DNA of 63,946 nucleotides, filler included, from Bonamia ostreae (GCA_040357525.1; 9 parts of 9 records of this genome joined end to end with filler, not necessarily neighbours in it), one strand, 5' to 3'; counted from the first letter of the whole stretch, positions 13,396 through 26,600 are shown. Translations and numbers: made by a program. Notes: a model not told the origin generated them from the letters alone.

Positions 13396-14287
13396 ATGAC
13401 CGATAACGAAGCAACCCCAAACATAATCACAGACAAATCACCAAAATCCGAAAAAATTCACTTCCGGACTTTTATTTTTTACGGAATCGGAGCGCTTTGT
13501 TTCATCGCTAAAATCTAATTTAATGCAGCGAACGGATGGGCTGTTTCAGCCATCGGATTTTTCGTCCTGTTCTACACTACAAGCATCGTCGGGATGGAGC
13601 CCAGCGACTACACCGTCATTTCAATCGTCACGCAGGTCATCAACGCCGTCTCCGACCCGATAATCGGCGTCTGGTCGGATCGCGTAAAGACGAGATTTGG
13701 CCGTCGCCGCCCTTTTATTCTCGCTTCGAGTGTGTTGATGGGTCTGTTCTACGGACTCTTTTTCACCAAAATAGAGATATCGAATCGCTTTTGGCTGGTC
13801 GTGTACTACCAAGTAATGTTCGCCGGTTTCTATCTGGCGCAGACTTGTTTCAATGTCCCCCACATCGCTCTCGTGATGGAGCTGACGGAGCAAGAGCAAA
13901 CCAGAAACAAGTTTGTAGCTTTTTCCGCCTTCTTCTTTTCGATCGGGAATCTTCTCGGGCCCGTTACCCTTCTTGCCGCAGAAAAGAACTTGTTCTCCGA
14001 CAAAGCAATGGCGTACGCCGCGATGGGCGGCATCACCGCCGTTGTGATGGCTTTGTGCATTTTGACAGTCTTTTTCGGTTTGAAGGAGCGAGAAATGCCC
14101 AAAAGAGTCCGCTCCATCCGGCAAGTGCTCTCAGAAGCAATCTCTGTGATGAAGTACAAATCTTATCTCTATTTGACGATGGCTTATATCTCTGTTCAAA
14201 TAGCCATCCAAGCGTTGCAGTTCAATCTCCGTCTTTATATCGAGCATGTTGTCAAGTTTGAAACTTTTCGTTAATGACCAATTTTTC
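13396..14287 (+). CDS. MFS transporter, GPH/MFSD2 (melibiose permease-like) family, 3'-truncated
   Basis: DPIIGVWSDRVKTRFGRRRPF signature; FNVPHIALVMELT. Confidence 0.88.
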
Positions 14288-14387
14288 NNNNNNNNNNNNN
14301 NNNNNNNNNNNNNNNNNNNNNNNNNNNNNNNTTAATTAATTAANNNNNNNNNNNNNNNNNNNNNNNNNNNNNNNNNNNNNNNNNNNN

Positions 14388-17300
14388 ATCGCAAAAATCG
14401 GCGACAACAAAACTTTCGTCTCCAACTTTGGCGGCAAATTAGCGACATCGACTTTGAACCGCCGCAACATGAACAGCTTCAGCACTTTCTGCGACTGCCA
14501 CATCGTGTCTTCGTTCACCTTGTTTCCGATCAAATTGAAGCCGCGGTCGAAGGAATGAGCCGACTCGAACTGCTCCGGGTACAGAAAGTTCAGCAGCGAC
14601 CAAAGCTCTCGCAAGTTGTTCTGCAACGGAGTACCTGTCAGCAAAATCTTGAAGAACCCCGTTACTCCGCGCAGCGACTCGCTGATCTGCGCGGAGTCGT
14701 TTTTGACGCGGTGCGCCTCGTCCACGACGACGCATTGATAGTGAAAGCGGTTCACGACGACGTTCTCCGCGGCGCGCACCATTTCGAAAGTGGTGACGAG
14801 CACGTCGAACGTCCCGATGTCCAGTCGGTCGCGCAGCACCCGATTCAGTTCTCTCTCGGGTCCGTGGAAGCGCACTACTTCGAGCGTCGGCGCCCAACGC
14901 GCAAACTCGTTGCACCAGTTCGTCAGCACGTTCAGCGGACACACGACCAAAACGGGGCCGACCGCTTTGAGCGTTTTGAGATGCGCCACGAAAGCGATCG
15001 TCTGGAGCGTTTTGCCGAGCCCCATTTCGTCGCCGAGAATGCCGCAAAGTCCGTTTTCATATAAATTTATAAGCCAGTTTAAGCCTTCCATTTGGTATGA
15101 CCGTAACTTGCCGCGGATCTGTTTTGGCTGTCGTTTCAAAGGCTGTTTCGGGGGAGTCTTCGGTTTGGGGGATTTGTTCTTGCGGAGAAGCGCTTTTGCG
15201 GAGGACATGTAGCGCTTCGATACGAATTGTGAGAAGATGTTGGCGTGTTTGATGAAGAATTCTGCGCGTTTCGTGCTGTAGAATTGGATCTTTTCAGGTT
15301 GTTATAAAATTAATTTTTGGTGAATTAGTTTGAGATTTTTGATCTTTATAATGCGTTTTACGATAATTTGGTTAGTTTGAATCATAAAAATTCAAAATAT
15401 ATTTTGCTTTATAGCGAAAAAATGCCAAAAAATAAAATTGACAAGACAGATTTTGTCTTTAAATGGATTAAATTCAAAAACGACAAATCTTCGAAAACAT
15501 TAAAAAACTATAAAAAAATTACCAAAAACACAAAAAAAATGCCAAAAAAATAAAGAAGACTATTTTAGTAAACTAAAGTTTGTAAAATTATCTGAAACTT
15601 GATCTGAGACTTTCTTATTCATTTGCTCTCTCAACTTTTGCTCTTCTTGCGGTGACATGTTATTTTTGTCCTTTATTTCAAAAAATTCGTCCTCTTCTTT
15701 GCTTCTACGGGAAAACGGAGCAATCCGGAGTCGACTTTTTGACAAGCTTTTCCATTGAATCGATTTTTTGGTCGCAAAATAAACGCGTTTCTTGCCGCCA
15801 TTGCGTTTTTCCTTTTGCTTTAACCAGACAGCGAGTCTGCGCGACGAGACTAATTCCTCTAGAACCTCGTCTGCGAAGCAAGGCATTCTTCTCTTCCCCG
15901 ATTCGTAGAAAAACGCGCTTTTGCGTTTGTTCAGCAATTCCATTTGAGCTTTCAGAAGCCTCGTCGGAGTTTTCCTGAGAGAGCGTCGCGGCGGAATCGC
16001 CGCTTTTTTGGAATTTTCTGAATCGCTTTCATCGTCTTCGTTGTCTTCTTTGCTGAAACTTTCGTCTTTTGCGCCATTTCTATCGTCATTTTTTATTTTT
16101 TTATAGTCATTTTTTATTTTTTTGTCGACATTTTTGTCGTCATCTTTATCTTCTTCGTCTTTAATTTTATCTTTTTCGCCATCTTTAATTTTATCTTTTT
16201 CGCCATCTTTAATTTTATCTTCTTCGCCATCTTTAATTGTATCGTCATTGTCACAGTTTTTGATTTTATCTTTAGTTGCGTTTTCCTTTTTTACCGATTC
16301 GTAAAGCGCCCAATTTTTGAACTTCTCCGGCGTCATAGTTTCAATGCGCCTGAAAATGTCCTTTTTCTGAAGACTGAAATGCGGTTCTTGCGCCAAAATC
16401 TCGCCTTCGCACATTATTTAGCAAACCCATCACGAACCCCCGCAGAGCCTCCTTCCGCGCCCCGCTGCTCTCGGGGATGGGATCCGGGATCGGGCAGGAC
16501 GCCTCCACCTCCTCTTCGCTGTAGACGTTCGCGTTTTCTAAAATTGGCATCGAAACGGTGTTCCAGAACGAGTGAAGACGTCAGTCGGAAGGTGTTGCTG
16601 AACTCGTAGAACAGGGATCGCTCTGTCCCGAGCCGCAGTCCTTTGTTGAAGTTCTCTTGGAAGTTCTTGTAGAAAGACGTGTCGTAGTGCTCCTTTATCC
16701 ACGTTTTGATGTTTATCTTGTTCGTCTTGTTCTTTCTACCATTTTATTGAAAACGACTCGTTGAGCTCGCTTATCGCTTCCTTGATCATCTCGACCATCG
16801 CCCTCGGCTTCGGCAGCGCCGGGGGAGGCGGCAAGGAGCTCTCGAACCGGGCGCGCGGAGCCGCCCGGCGCTTCTTCCCGCGCCCTCTCCCGCCGAAAGC
16901 GAAGTGGCTGTACCCGAAATAGGGCCGCAGCAGTGGCCCGCGGGTCCTGCGGTCGAAGTTGGGAGCGGAAAACGGGTTCCGGGAAAGTCCCGGAAAGGGC
17001 GCTGGGCGGAACCGGTGCCGGAAAACGGGCTCTTCGAAATGGTGCTCCAAAGGCTCGAGCGCGCCGTTCGCGGCTTGGAAGGGCGCGAAACCGCGCTGGG
17101 CGGGCTGCGCGCGCATGGAGTTGTGGTTGAGCGCCCACGGATTGTGGCGCGCGGCGTTCTGGTTGAACATGCTGCCGGGGCGCGCGGGGTGGTTTTGGAA
17201 GTTGCGGCGCTGGCCGAAGAACAGCGCCCCGGCGCGCTGCTGCGCAGCCAATCTGCGCTTCTGCATTCGGAGGAAAAAGTCGGCGCGTTTATCGAGCGAG

Positions 17301-17788
17301 GAACTGCGCTGCAGTTGGTCTTCTTTGAGCAATCGGTGGCGCTTGAGCCTCTCGCGGGAAAACCATTTGGCGACGTGGTCGGGGCGCATCGCGAGCCGTT
17401 TCCCGATCAGCTCGCAGTCGGCCGAGTTGGGCGACTGGTTCAACTCGAAGTAGTTGTAAAGAGAGCGCAGTTGCTGCTGAGAGACGAGCGGCAAAAGGGA
17501 CTGGGGCGAAACTGGGCCGGTTTCCGATGGCGTCTCGGATGGGCGTTCCGCGCTTTGGCCCGCTTTTTCGGAGTTTGGGTCCGGGCGGTCTTCGACGATC
17601 TCGAAGGAGCGCTTTGAAACGCTCCTGTTTCTGAGGTTGTAGCCTTGTTCCTTTAATGCGAAAAAAGTCAGAAAGAGAAAAAGGGCTCCGCGGCAACTAA
17701 AGCCGTCGAGCAAAAGTGGCAAATTATCTATCAAAAATAAATTCAAAATTTTAATTTATGACAAAGCTTGAATTAGAATAATGACCAT
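14388..17788 (-). CDS. Homeodomain + H15 winged helix + ISWI-like SNF2 ATPase protein, 3'-truncated
   Basis: Homeodomain (QLRSLYNYF..VAKWFSRERLK); H15-like EMIKEAISELNESKNKTNKINIKTWIKEHY..TFRL; SNF2 motifs GILGDEMGLGKT, DEAH, LTGTPLQN; joined in frame by GT-AG introns; start codon tentative. Confidence 0.75.
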
Positions 17789-18208
17789 ATGTTGCCTGAG
17801 TCTTTTGGGTTTTAAGGTTTTGTGATATGTTGAATATTTAGGTTAATGGCGAGTAGTGAATTCTGTTGTGATTAAAAACCAGACCTTTTTAATATTATTA
17901 AAATGACTTATGTTTTTGCCACTTTTTTGTTTTGACTTTTGTCGAATCTTTAAATCGCTCTTCGTTGATAACACCCGGCGCAACCAGTTAAATATGAAAA
18001 AATATTAGCCTATTTTATTTCGTAAGGAAAGGAAAATTATTTGCAAATCATTTTGAGAAGGATAAATCGAATCAATATTTGCAAAGAAAATAAAAGATTT
18101 GCAAATATTCTGTGTTTCTTATTTCAAATATTTTAAATTTTCCAAAGTACGCTATCATTTAAATCAAATTTTACATTTTAATGGTCAAATTCCAAAAACA
18201 AAAAATGT

Positions 18209-19034
18209 TCAATAACATTTAATAAATTTTGAAGTTGTAAGATTTAATCCTTTTTCAAAATCTTTGATATATTCATTCCAATGAACCATTGTTCTTAAAA
18301 CACTTTTATTTTTCTCAACTTTCTCCAACCATCTTCTCAAAATATTTTTTGACGATAAGTCTCTTAAACTTAACCCTTTAAAATGACCTAAAGCCAAATC
18401 ATATCTGTGCATTACCGGAAAATAACAAATGTCAAACTTAAATTATTGATAAAACAAGTGACAATGTCTTACCCAAATAAAAAGGTCCACTCGATTTCGA
18501 AGTTAATTCGTTTTCAAATTCGTTGACAAAATTTGCAAGTTTTTGTTTTAAATCTGTTTTTTTGTCAGAATGTAGAATTTGGTCAAAAAAATTTACAACA
18601 AAATTAATTTTTGTCACTGCAAATCTCATTTCCGCATTAATGAAAGGATTTTTTGCCACCAAAAAAGATTTGTTTGTAGTATATTCTTCTAAAAATTCAA
18701 TAATTACAATCTAATAATTTTATACAAAAACAGAATTTTTTATAACGCTTTTGCCGATTTTTAAGATTGGAATAACGCCTTCTGGATTCACTTTTTTAAA
18801 CCACTCCGGAATAGTTGTTATTTTGCAAAATTTGAATGGTATTTCCTTTTCTTCTAATGCTATCAATGTTCTTATTTATTGTTTTTATATGTCGATGCAA
18901 ATATCATTGTTACATTTTTATATATTTTGGGTTCTCTTGCCAATATGTATTTAATTTATTACAAAAAGAGACTGTTGTGTGAAAGGGCATGTCGAATAAC
19001 CATAAATTTCAATGTGATTTTCTGATCTGTTCAT
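18209..19034 (-). CDS. Glutathione S-transferase, omega/DHAR-like
   Basis: CPF active-site motif, LIALEEKEIPF, PEWFKKVNPEGVIPIL, GPFYLGKTLS; multi-exon. Confidence 0.8.
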
Positions 19035-19335
19035 TAGGACAAGGCTTGATAATTTTTGATTTTATGATGTAAATATTTTTTTTATTTTTTTACAAATTTA
19101 TTTTTAATAACAACGCTATTTAAATAGTTATTCAAACGATGCTTTATAAATTAAAAAAGAAGTATAAACATGTACATGTCTCAATGATTGCTTAATTTTT
19201 TTAAAAACGTTCAAATCGAAAAAAATCTTTATTTAAAAAATATTCATGAGAATATTAATATAAAATGAAATAAAAAATCAGCGTCCATTATATAAAAAGA
19301 CCTTAAACTCGTAAAAATTAAAGAAAACAACTTTA

Positions 19336-19850
19336 ATGTTTAAAATCGCGAAAAACGAAAATAGAAAAAGAAATTTCAAAAATTTTAGCAGAAACAACAA
19401 TGCTCAAAAAAGTCAACCAATAATCCTCAACAGCAGACAAATCAACAATGCCGTAAAAGATCCATGGTCAAACGAACCACATCACGAAGATTCCTCTATT
19501 TGCCAGTTAAACCCTCTAAATCCAATCACTTCTTCAGAAACACTTAAAACGAGTTCTAATCTGGAACATTCCCCGGAAATTCAAAAAAAGAATTCTTTTA
19601 AAGCAGAAACTGAATTCATAAGAAACGCAGAAAAAATCACAAAAAAGTTAAAAGGAAAAAGCTTATACGAAACTATTTTGCATTTTAAACAAGATTTCAA
19701 TTTTTTGCATATTTTCAAAGTAACTACTTCTATCATTTTTCCTCCTTTTTTGCAAAACTTGTTGTGTAGATAAAAATTCTCCTTTACGCGTCTTTGATAT
19801 TCCAACTTCTCTTCTTAACTCGAGCAGTACATTTTTGCCTTCTCAAATAA
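19336..19850 (+). CDS. Hypothetical protein
   Basis: 145-aa ATG-initiated ORF, probable further exon; no motif recognised. Confidence 0.35.
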
Positions 19851-20059
19851 TTTTATCTGTAAAAAAAGCATTCTCAGTTACAACTCCATTTNNNNNNNNN
19901 NNNNNNNNNNNNNNNNNNNNNNNNNNNNNNNNNNNNNNNNNNNNNNNNNNNNNNNNNNNNNNNNNNNNNNNNNNNNNNNNNNNNNNNNNNNACAAAAATT
20001 TCAAAAATTCCTCATTTTCCAAAGCAAATTCACAAAAATACAAGTGAAAAAATTAAAAT

Positions 20060-20429
20060 TTATTGTTCAGAGTTTTTTGTGTCTAAAAGCAGCTGATCTA
20101 TCTCGACAGGACCAGATTTCTTCTGCAGAAACATTCCAGTTTTGTCCCGAGATCTATTTAGAGCATTTTCTTTCCTGCGACTTTGCTTCTGTAGTGATTT
20201 TTATAATAACGATAATTTTTCTTCTTTTGTAGAACTTGTCTCTCCATTGCCTTCTAAGCAAAATCCGTCTGTACTGCTTTGGATTCACTGCGACACTTTT
20301 TGCCGAAAGATCTTTTGTCCCTTCTGCGTTTTCGGGTTTGGTTTGTTCGAACAGAAAGTCTATCGGGTTGAACTCGTCGATTTTGACCTCTTTCTCGTCT
20401 TCTATCAGAATAGTGTTAAAGTCCGTCAT
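20060..20429 (-). CDS. NFYA: CCAAT-binding factor subunit NF-YA/HAP2-like
   Basis: VNPKQYRRILLRRQWR helix; after a 22-nt intron KQSRRKENALNRSRDKTGMF aligns with the HESRH..AM.R.RG.GGRF DNA-binding motif. Confidence 0.75.
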
Positions 20430-20486
20430 TCTTAACGAGCTTAAATTAAATAAGGATTTTCAATATACACATTTCTTTTTGTCAAA

Positions 20487-21460
20487 ATGGACTTTAAAAG
20501 ATGTTTTCTGGACGTTAGCATAAACGTTTTATTTGCCTTTTGTGCACCATTTTAAAAAATTCTTTGTCACATCCTCGTTGCATGTACATAACAAACAGCC
20601 ACATTGTTCATCTTTAAAGGGAGAAAATCTGGGCAGAATCGTGATCAAACTATTCGGAAACAAAGTCCCGCGTACTGCAAAAAACTTCTCCGACATCTGC
20701 GCCGGCGACAAAAAATCGGAGGAAACGGGAAACCGCCTAACCTACGAAAACTGCGCGGTGCACCGCGTCATCAAAAACTTTATCCTGCAATCGGGCGACT
20801 TTGAAAAGTAGAATTTGCTAAAACATAAAAGAGGCGACGGGACCGGCGGAGAAAGCGTCTACGGCCGAAACTTCAACGACGAACGAATGGACATTCCGTT
20901 CAACAAAGCGGGACTTGTAGCGATGGCCAACGCAGGCCCGAACACAAATGGTTCACAGTTTTTCATAACGTGTGCGCCTTGTCCCCATTTGAACGGAAAG
21001 CATGTCGTCTTTGGAAAAGTGGTTTCCGGAATGTCTGTTGTCCGAAAAATCGAGCGAGTCAAAGTCGATTCCAACAACTCTCCGCTCAAATCCGTCCGGA
21101 TCGCCAAAGCGGGTTTCGCGGAAAAGAATCCCGAACAGTCCGAGAAATCGAGTGGAAAGCCAAAAAAACAGACCGAAAGACCAAACAAACAGCTTAAAGA
21201 GACAGAACAGACGGAAAATCGAAAAGAAAAGTCAAAACCGCTTTTGAAGCCGATCACTTTTATCGGGAAAAGTGGCCGTATCCTCAAAGGACGCGGATTC
21301 ACATCACTTCGCCACGTTGGGAATTTTGGCGGAATTGGCTTTCACAGCGAGACGCCTTCCCCCGAGCGACGCAGGAAGGAGAAACTCAGACGGAAGGTTT
21401 ATAGACGGCGCGAAAAGCCTCGGTACAAAATCAGACGACGAAATATTTCAAAAAGCAACA
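20487..21460 (+). CDS. Cyclophilin-type PPIase with basic R/S-rich tail, 3'-truncated
   Basis: [62 protein letters not shown]; two introns. Confidence 0.92.
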
Positions 21461-21560
21461 NNNNNNNNNNNNNNNNNNNNNNNNNNNNNNNNNNNNNNNN
21501 NNNNTTAATTAATTAANNNNNNNNNNNNNNNNNNNNNNNNNNNNNNNNNNNNNNNNNNNN

Positions 21561-22759
21561 CCTTCTTGATTTGATCTACCCCTTCAAATGGTGCCATTTC
21601 TTTTCAAGTAATGTTACAAAAAAAACTGTTTTTTTGTAAATCACAAAAGTACGAAAAACTAAATTCGAGAAAAACACCCTTTTTTGTTGGAGTCCTAAAA
21701 GACGAGATCTACAACTTGGGCTTGGAAACGGGCATTAAGGACGCCATCGTGATCGATTTGGACACCGAAATTCGAATTGACGGTTACGAAGAAAAGTTGT
21801 TCTGTCCCATAGTTTTTTTATTACAAAACAGTTGTTTGAGAAAAAAGTTGCAGCGTGGTATCGCAAAGCACTGAGATGCTTCCCTTGCAAGAAAGGCAAC
21901 AAAGCGATTTTTGAAAATGTCTTGGAACTTTCGTTCGGCGAACGGGAGCCATTTTTTGAGATCGATATGTTTTATAATTCAAATTAGCGAAAACAAAGAA
22001 AAAAGCGAAAAATTTTTCGAAAACATCGACAAATCAACGATGAGAAAACGATTTTTGCGTTCAATGAACATAAATTCGGAAAATTTAGCAAACGGCAAAA
22101 TCAGATCGCAATTGCACCAAAAACTCAAAAAGTAATTTTCCCAAATGAAAAACTAGTTTTTATGCCGGTTTGTACGAAAACCAAAAAGTCGCCACAAACG
22201 AAATGCTCAAAGCAATGCCGAATTTCAATCTGGACAAGATCAGCGAACAAACGCAAGAAAATATTTTCGAGTTTGCATTTCTATTTAAAGTTTAAAAAAT
22301 GTAACGAGTGGTTTGGAAGAAAAAATTGAAAGCAAAATCGAAAAAATAAAAATGGTCGACTTCTTCGAAGACGCAAAATATTCGAGAGACGACTTGACGC
22401 ACGAGGCCAAAGACTTTTTGAAGTTGATTTATGGCGATTTTGGTGGCCCCGGAAAAAACGGTTTGAGCGAAAAAGAAATTGACGAATGGAGTGCTACCGA
22501 AGATATGAGTTTTGGGGAAGAGATGGACTCCTCGGTCGAAGGCGAAAACGTGATGAGTGAAATAAGCGGCGAGAGAAATGACAGAGAAGAAACCGAAGAT
22601 GAGTTCTTCACCACGAAAATGGACAAGGATTTGAAGGAAAGGATGGTTAGAGATTTGAAAGAACGCAACAAAAATGTTCAAGGATGTGAGAACAGGGCAG
22701 TGTTTTCAGATTACGATACTGGAATACTTATTGCTCGCAAAAGTGTCGAGGACAAGTAA
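21561..22759 (+). CDS. 5'-truncated multi-exon protein with acidic C-terminus, possibly Ecdysoneless/SGT1-like
   Basis: Consecutive plus-strand exons; acidic tract followed by MDKDL loosely resembles the Ecd C-terminus; family call weak. Confidence 0.35.
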
Positions 22760-23003
22760 AATATCATATTTTGTTTTTTCAAATGTTTGTGATTTTTTGA
22801 AACGCAAAAATTGGTTATTGATGGACAAAATAGCAAAATAGGACAAAAAGCAAAGCGTTGTTTAAAGCAGAAAGCAAAATGGAGAGTTTGATTAAATTAA
22901 TATTTTGTAATTTAATTATTCTTGATTCGAGGATGAATGAAATTAATGTCATAAAAAGACTTTTTGCGTAAAATATTAACATTAAAATCTCTCAAAAACT
23001 CCA

Positions 23004-23599
23004 ATGAATTGGGACGATTTCCAACACATTCCGATGCCAAATGAGGCGGAAATTCGGTTTGAAAGAATAGACAAAGTCGACACAATAAAAAAGTTGAAAA
23101 TGAAAAATCAGAGTAAAAAAAACAAGAGATTTGCTAATCAATCTTCCAGTGGCCAATATTCATCGAATTATGAAGCGGTTTCGTTATCAATATCTGATGA
23201 CAAGAATTTTTAAAAAATGTAAACAATAAAGTGCCGTTCCTATTGAAGCAAAAATATCAAAAGATACAAAGATTATGTTGCAAGGATACGCTTCAGAATT
23301 TATAAACTTTGTAACGTCAGAGTTTTTTAATTCGTTATAAATGATAACAATAAAATTGTCGTTTTAACAAAAATCGGAATAACAAAAATCGAGAATTGTA
23401 AATTAAAAAATAAAGCGCTGTCGCAAGAACAATTAGAGAGAAAAGACGAACGTTGACAGGAGAAGATATATTGTATTCGATGCGTTGTCTCATGTTTTCA
23501 GACTACATTGTCCCAATGGAAATTTATCGAAACAAAATCAAATATGTTGTTGACTTTCAAAAAAAGATTGATGCCGAAGCAGAAGACATGAGCGATTAA
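23004..23599 (+). CDS. NFYB: CCAAT-binding factor subunit NF-YB/HAP3 (histone fold)
   Basis: Spliced product LPVANIHRIMKRAVPIEAKISKD..SEFINFVTS..EKRRTLTGEDIL; three introns including 23093-23111 (19 nt). Confidence 0.88.
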
Positions 23600-23666
23600 A
23601 AAGCAAACTGTTAGCCATTTTTATTAATATCGTTTTAAAAATTTTCGTTTAAAAACTGTCAGTTAT

Positions 23667-26600
23667 TTATTCTTTTTTAATCATTGTTTGCCCGTTCTCT
23701 ATTTTTTCCAAATCCATTCTCATTTTCTTGTCGGTTCTTTCCATTTCTTTAATTTTTTCTATCAATATCAAAATAATGTTTTTGACCTTTACTTCTTTCA
23801 ACTCCAATTTTCTGTTTGTGAGATTTTCTAGAAGATAAAGCAAAAATTGCTTAAAACGAGGTTTGATTCTAAAACGAAAATTTTCTGGAATATTTGAAAG
23901 AAAATCGAGCATCAGATTATCCTTTACATTGACAATTTTGAATCTTTTTAACAGGAGCCAAGCCATTTCGAACAAATCCTTTTTCCGACTGCTTTCTTTT
24001 ACCTCGAGCATCGTCTCAACGATTGTATTGAAGAAATATCTGCTTTTTTCTTTAAAATCGACCGATTCGTCTTTTATGAATTCCTGCAAACAGTAAAACG
24101 CGTTATTTTTCTTCGCAAAATCACACTTTTCCAAACAAGTGTCGAGGAGCAGTTTGAGAATACGTTGCATCAAATTCGGGTTCAGGCTCTTAAACGAAAC
24201 TTTTATTAAAAAAATAGAACAGTTTATTTGGCCAAGGAAACCAAAAATTATAATTTTCTTTTCGAATAAGCAGTCTTTGTCAATGAGTGTCAACAGTACT
24301 TTATTCAGAAAAACTTTGACTTGTGTTTCGTTTCCTTTTTCGTGATTCAACGAGAAAAATTTTAACAGCAGTTCGTAGACGACGTGATCTATTAGCAAGA
24401 AGTTTTCTCTGATATAGAATTCATCGGTGGTGTCAGAATAAAAACTCTTTGCAATTCTTTGACACAATTTGGAATAAGTTCAATGCGCAAAAGTAATGAA
24501 ATGTTATAATTTTAAACGATATTTTAAATAATAATAAATTTTGAACGATATTTTAAACGATATTTTAAATAAAAAGATATTTCAAAAGTAATGAAATGTG
24601 AATAAAATCACAAATTAATAAAATAATGGAATAATTTTAAAGATATAACAAAAACTTGTTTTGAACAACAGTGTCATTAGCAATGAGCTTTCCAAAAAGT
24701 GCTACGATTTCGTCGTTCAATGCGACTCGGTCATCAGAATTTAGCAATAAACGAATTTTTGAAAGTTTGAATACAAATACTTTGTCGTTAGTCTCATCGA
24801 GAACATTTTTTAGTAGAAACTTGAAAGTGTTAGATAGTTTTTCTTTATCTTTGGAAAACGATATTTTTGCAGTAATTTTCAAGATGTCTTTTTGTTATTG
24901 CGCAAATGTAATTTTAGAAAAGATAAAAAGAAAGAGAACCGTAAATAGTATCGAAGAGGACAATATTGAAGATCCAAGATTTTTGAGATATTTTGCACAT
25001 TGTTTCCATTATTTGGAAGGAGTGTTTATAAAAATGATCGCCCATTAATTTTGCAACAACTTTTAATGATCTGAGTGCGTTTACAAGAGCTTTTTCGTTA
25101 TTCTCGCGATTGTAATATTTTTCGCAGAACCTTTCTATTACGTCGGCGCTAGAAACAACAAGACTTTCCATATGCAGTAGATTTTCTTCGATTGAAGTTA
25201 TCGCTTTAAAATTGTACAGAATTTTAGAATGCGACTAACGCTAAAATTTTACAAATTTCCGCCATTTTATTAACCAAATATTAAAAACTTTTTGTGGGAA
25301 AAACAATTTTATTGTCAGCCATTTTTTCAATAGTTTCACGCAAGAAATTAAAAAAAAATTCATACTCCGTTTCGTCTGGAAGGTTTCTAAATTCCAATGT
25401 TTTCAACAAAATTTCAAAGTTCAAGCTTCTATTAAATTTTTCTAAAAAACAGATTTTTCTTTTCTTTATTCGCAATCCAAGTTTTGGCTCTATCGATCAA
25501 AATACAAAATATTCTCTTGCTATCGAATTTATCCTTCAGATACGGATTCGCAACCAACACAGCCATTAACTTGTAACATTGTAGTTCGTCGCAATTCGGT
25601 TTGGCTAATTCGTCCATTTTTGACTCTTCGTGCGTGGCTTCAACAATCTTCTCGCAGTACTTAAAGAAAATGGTTTCCATGAACACGGCGCATCGTGTGG
25701 ATATCGTCAGAAAGGCGTTTTCGTCTCTTTTGCAAGTTTTCGGCTCTCCGAAAATGGCGAGATTAAATGAAAAGATATCTCTTATTATTTCTGTCGCCTT
25801 TTCCAAAGCGTTATCGTCTTCAATCAATCTTCCAAATTTTTCCACGAGATTGCCAAGGAAATCAGTTTGAGTGCCAATTTGCGCCGAGGCCAGATATTTC
25901 TAAAAATTTATAAACAAAACAAAGCCCAACTGTAACAGAGCTCGCGAAAGCGGTGTCTTATTATAACTTTCAAAAATTAAATGTTTGCACACTTTCGAGA
26001 AGATCTTCTTTTGATAAAATGCAATTTTTTAATTGACGCGATTTTTTTTAATTGACGCGATATTGTTCAAAATATCGTCAAATCATATCGTGTTTAAGAA
26101 CTAAAAAACAATGACGAAGTCCTGTTTTTTGAATTCGACAATCAGTTTTTGGAAAGCAGTGAGAATTTCGATGGAAATAAGAGCGATTTGGAAATTGAGT
26201 TGGCTGCTTTCGGTGGAATTTGCATAATCGAAAATATCCATTTCTTCGAGTGAAAAAAGAAACGATGCGCTCCGATGTTTAATAAATTCAGGAGGTCTGT
26301 GCTTAATGTGACGTCCTGGTGAAGTTTTGGAATATAGCTGAGCACCTTCAAAATCACAAAAACCACCACCGGTTGCTCGAAAGTGTACATACTCGACAAA
26401 GACTACAGAAGACGTTATTGTTCAAACTTGTATGAGGTTTTGAGAGGAATAACCAGATTTGATGCAGAAGGTGTAGGTTAAATCGAGTCCGACGAATTTC
26501 GTTTGTGTGCAATCTCTGAAGACCTCGTTCATAAGGATTTTCAGAGAAATCGACAGGATCTTCAGCATATTGGATTCCGTGGCGACATCGATTTTCTGCG

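Noticed and set aside
16713-17696. Multiple overlapping and antisense ORFs here, and at 14439-15212 and 63034-63834
   Set aside because: Expected shadows of GC-rich coding sequence; no motifs
10300-20830. Stop-codon reassignment or programmed frameshifting suggested by in-frame stops in SMC1 and cyclophilin
   Set aside because: Each interruption checked is removed by a short GT-AG intron, and genes end in TAA, TAG or TGA normally
20060-23599. NF-YA and NF-YB gene cluster
   Set aside because: They lie on different contigs either side of the linker at 21461; proximity is a coincidence of length sorting
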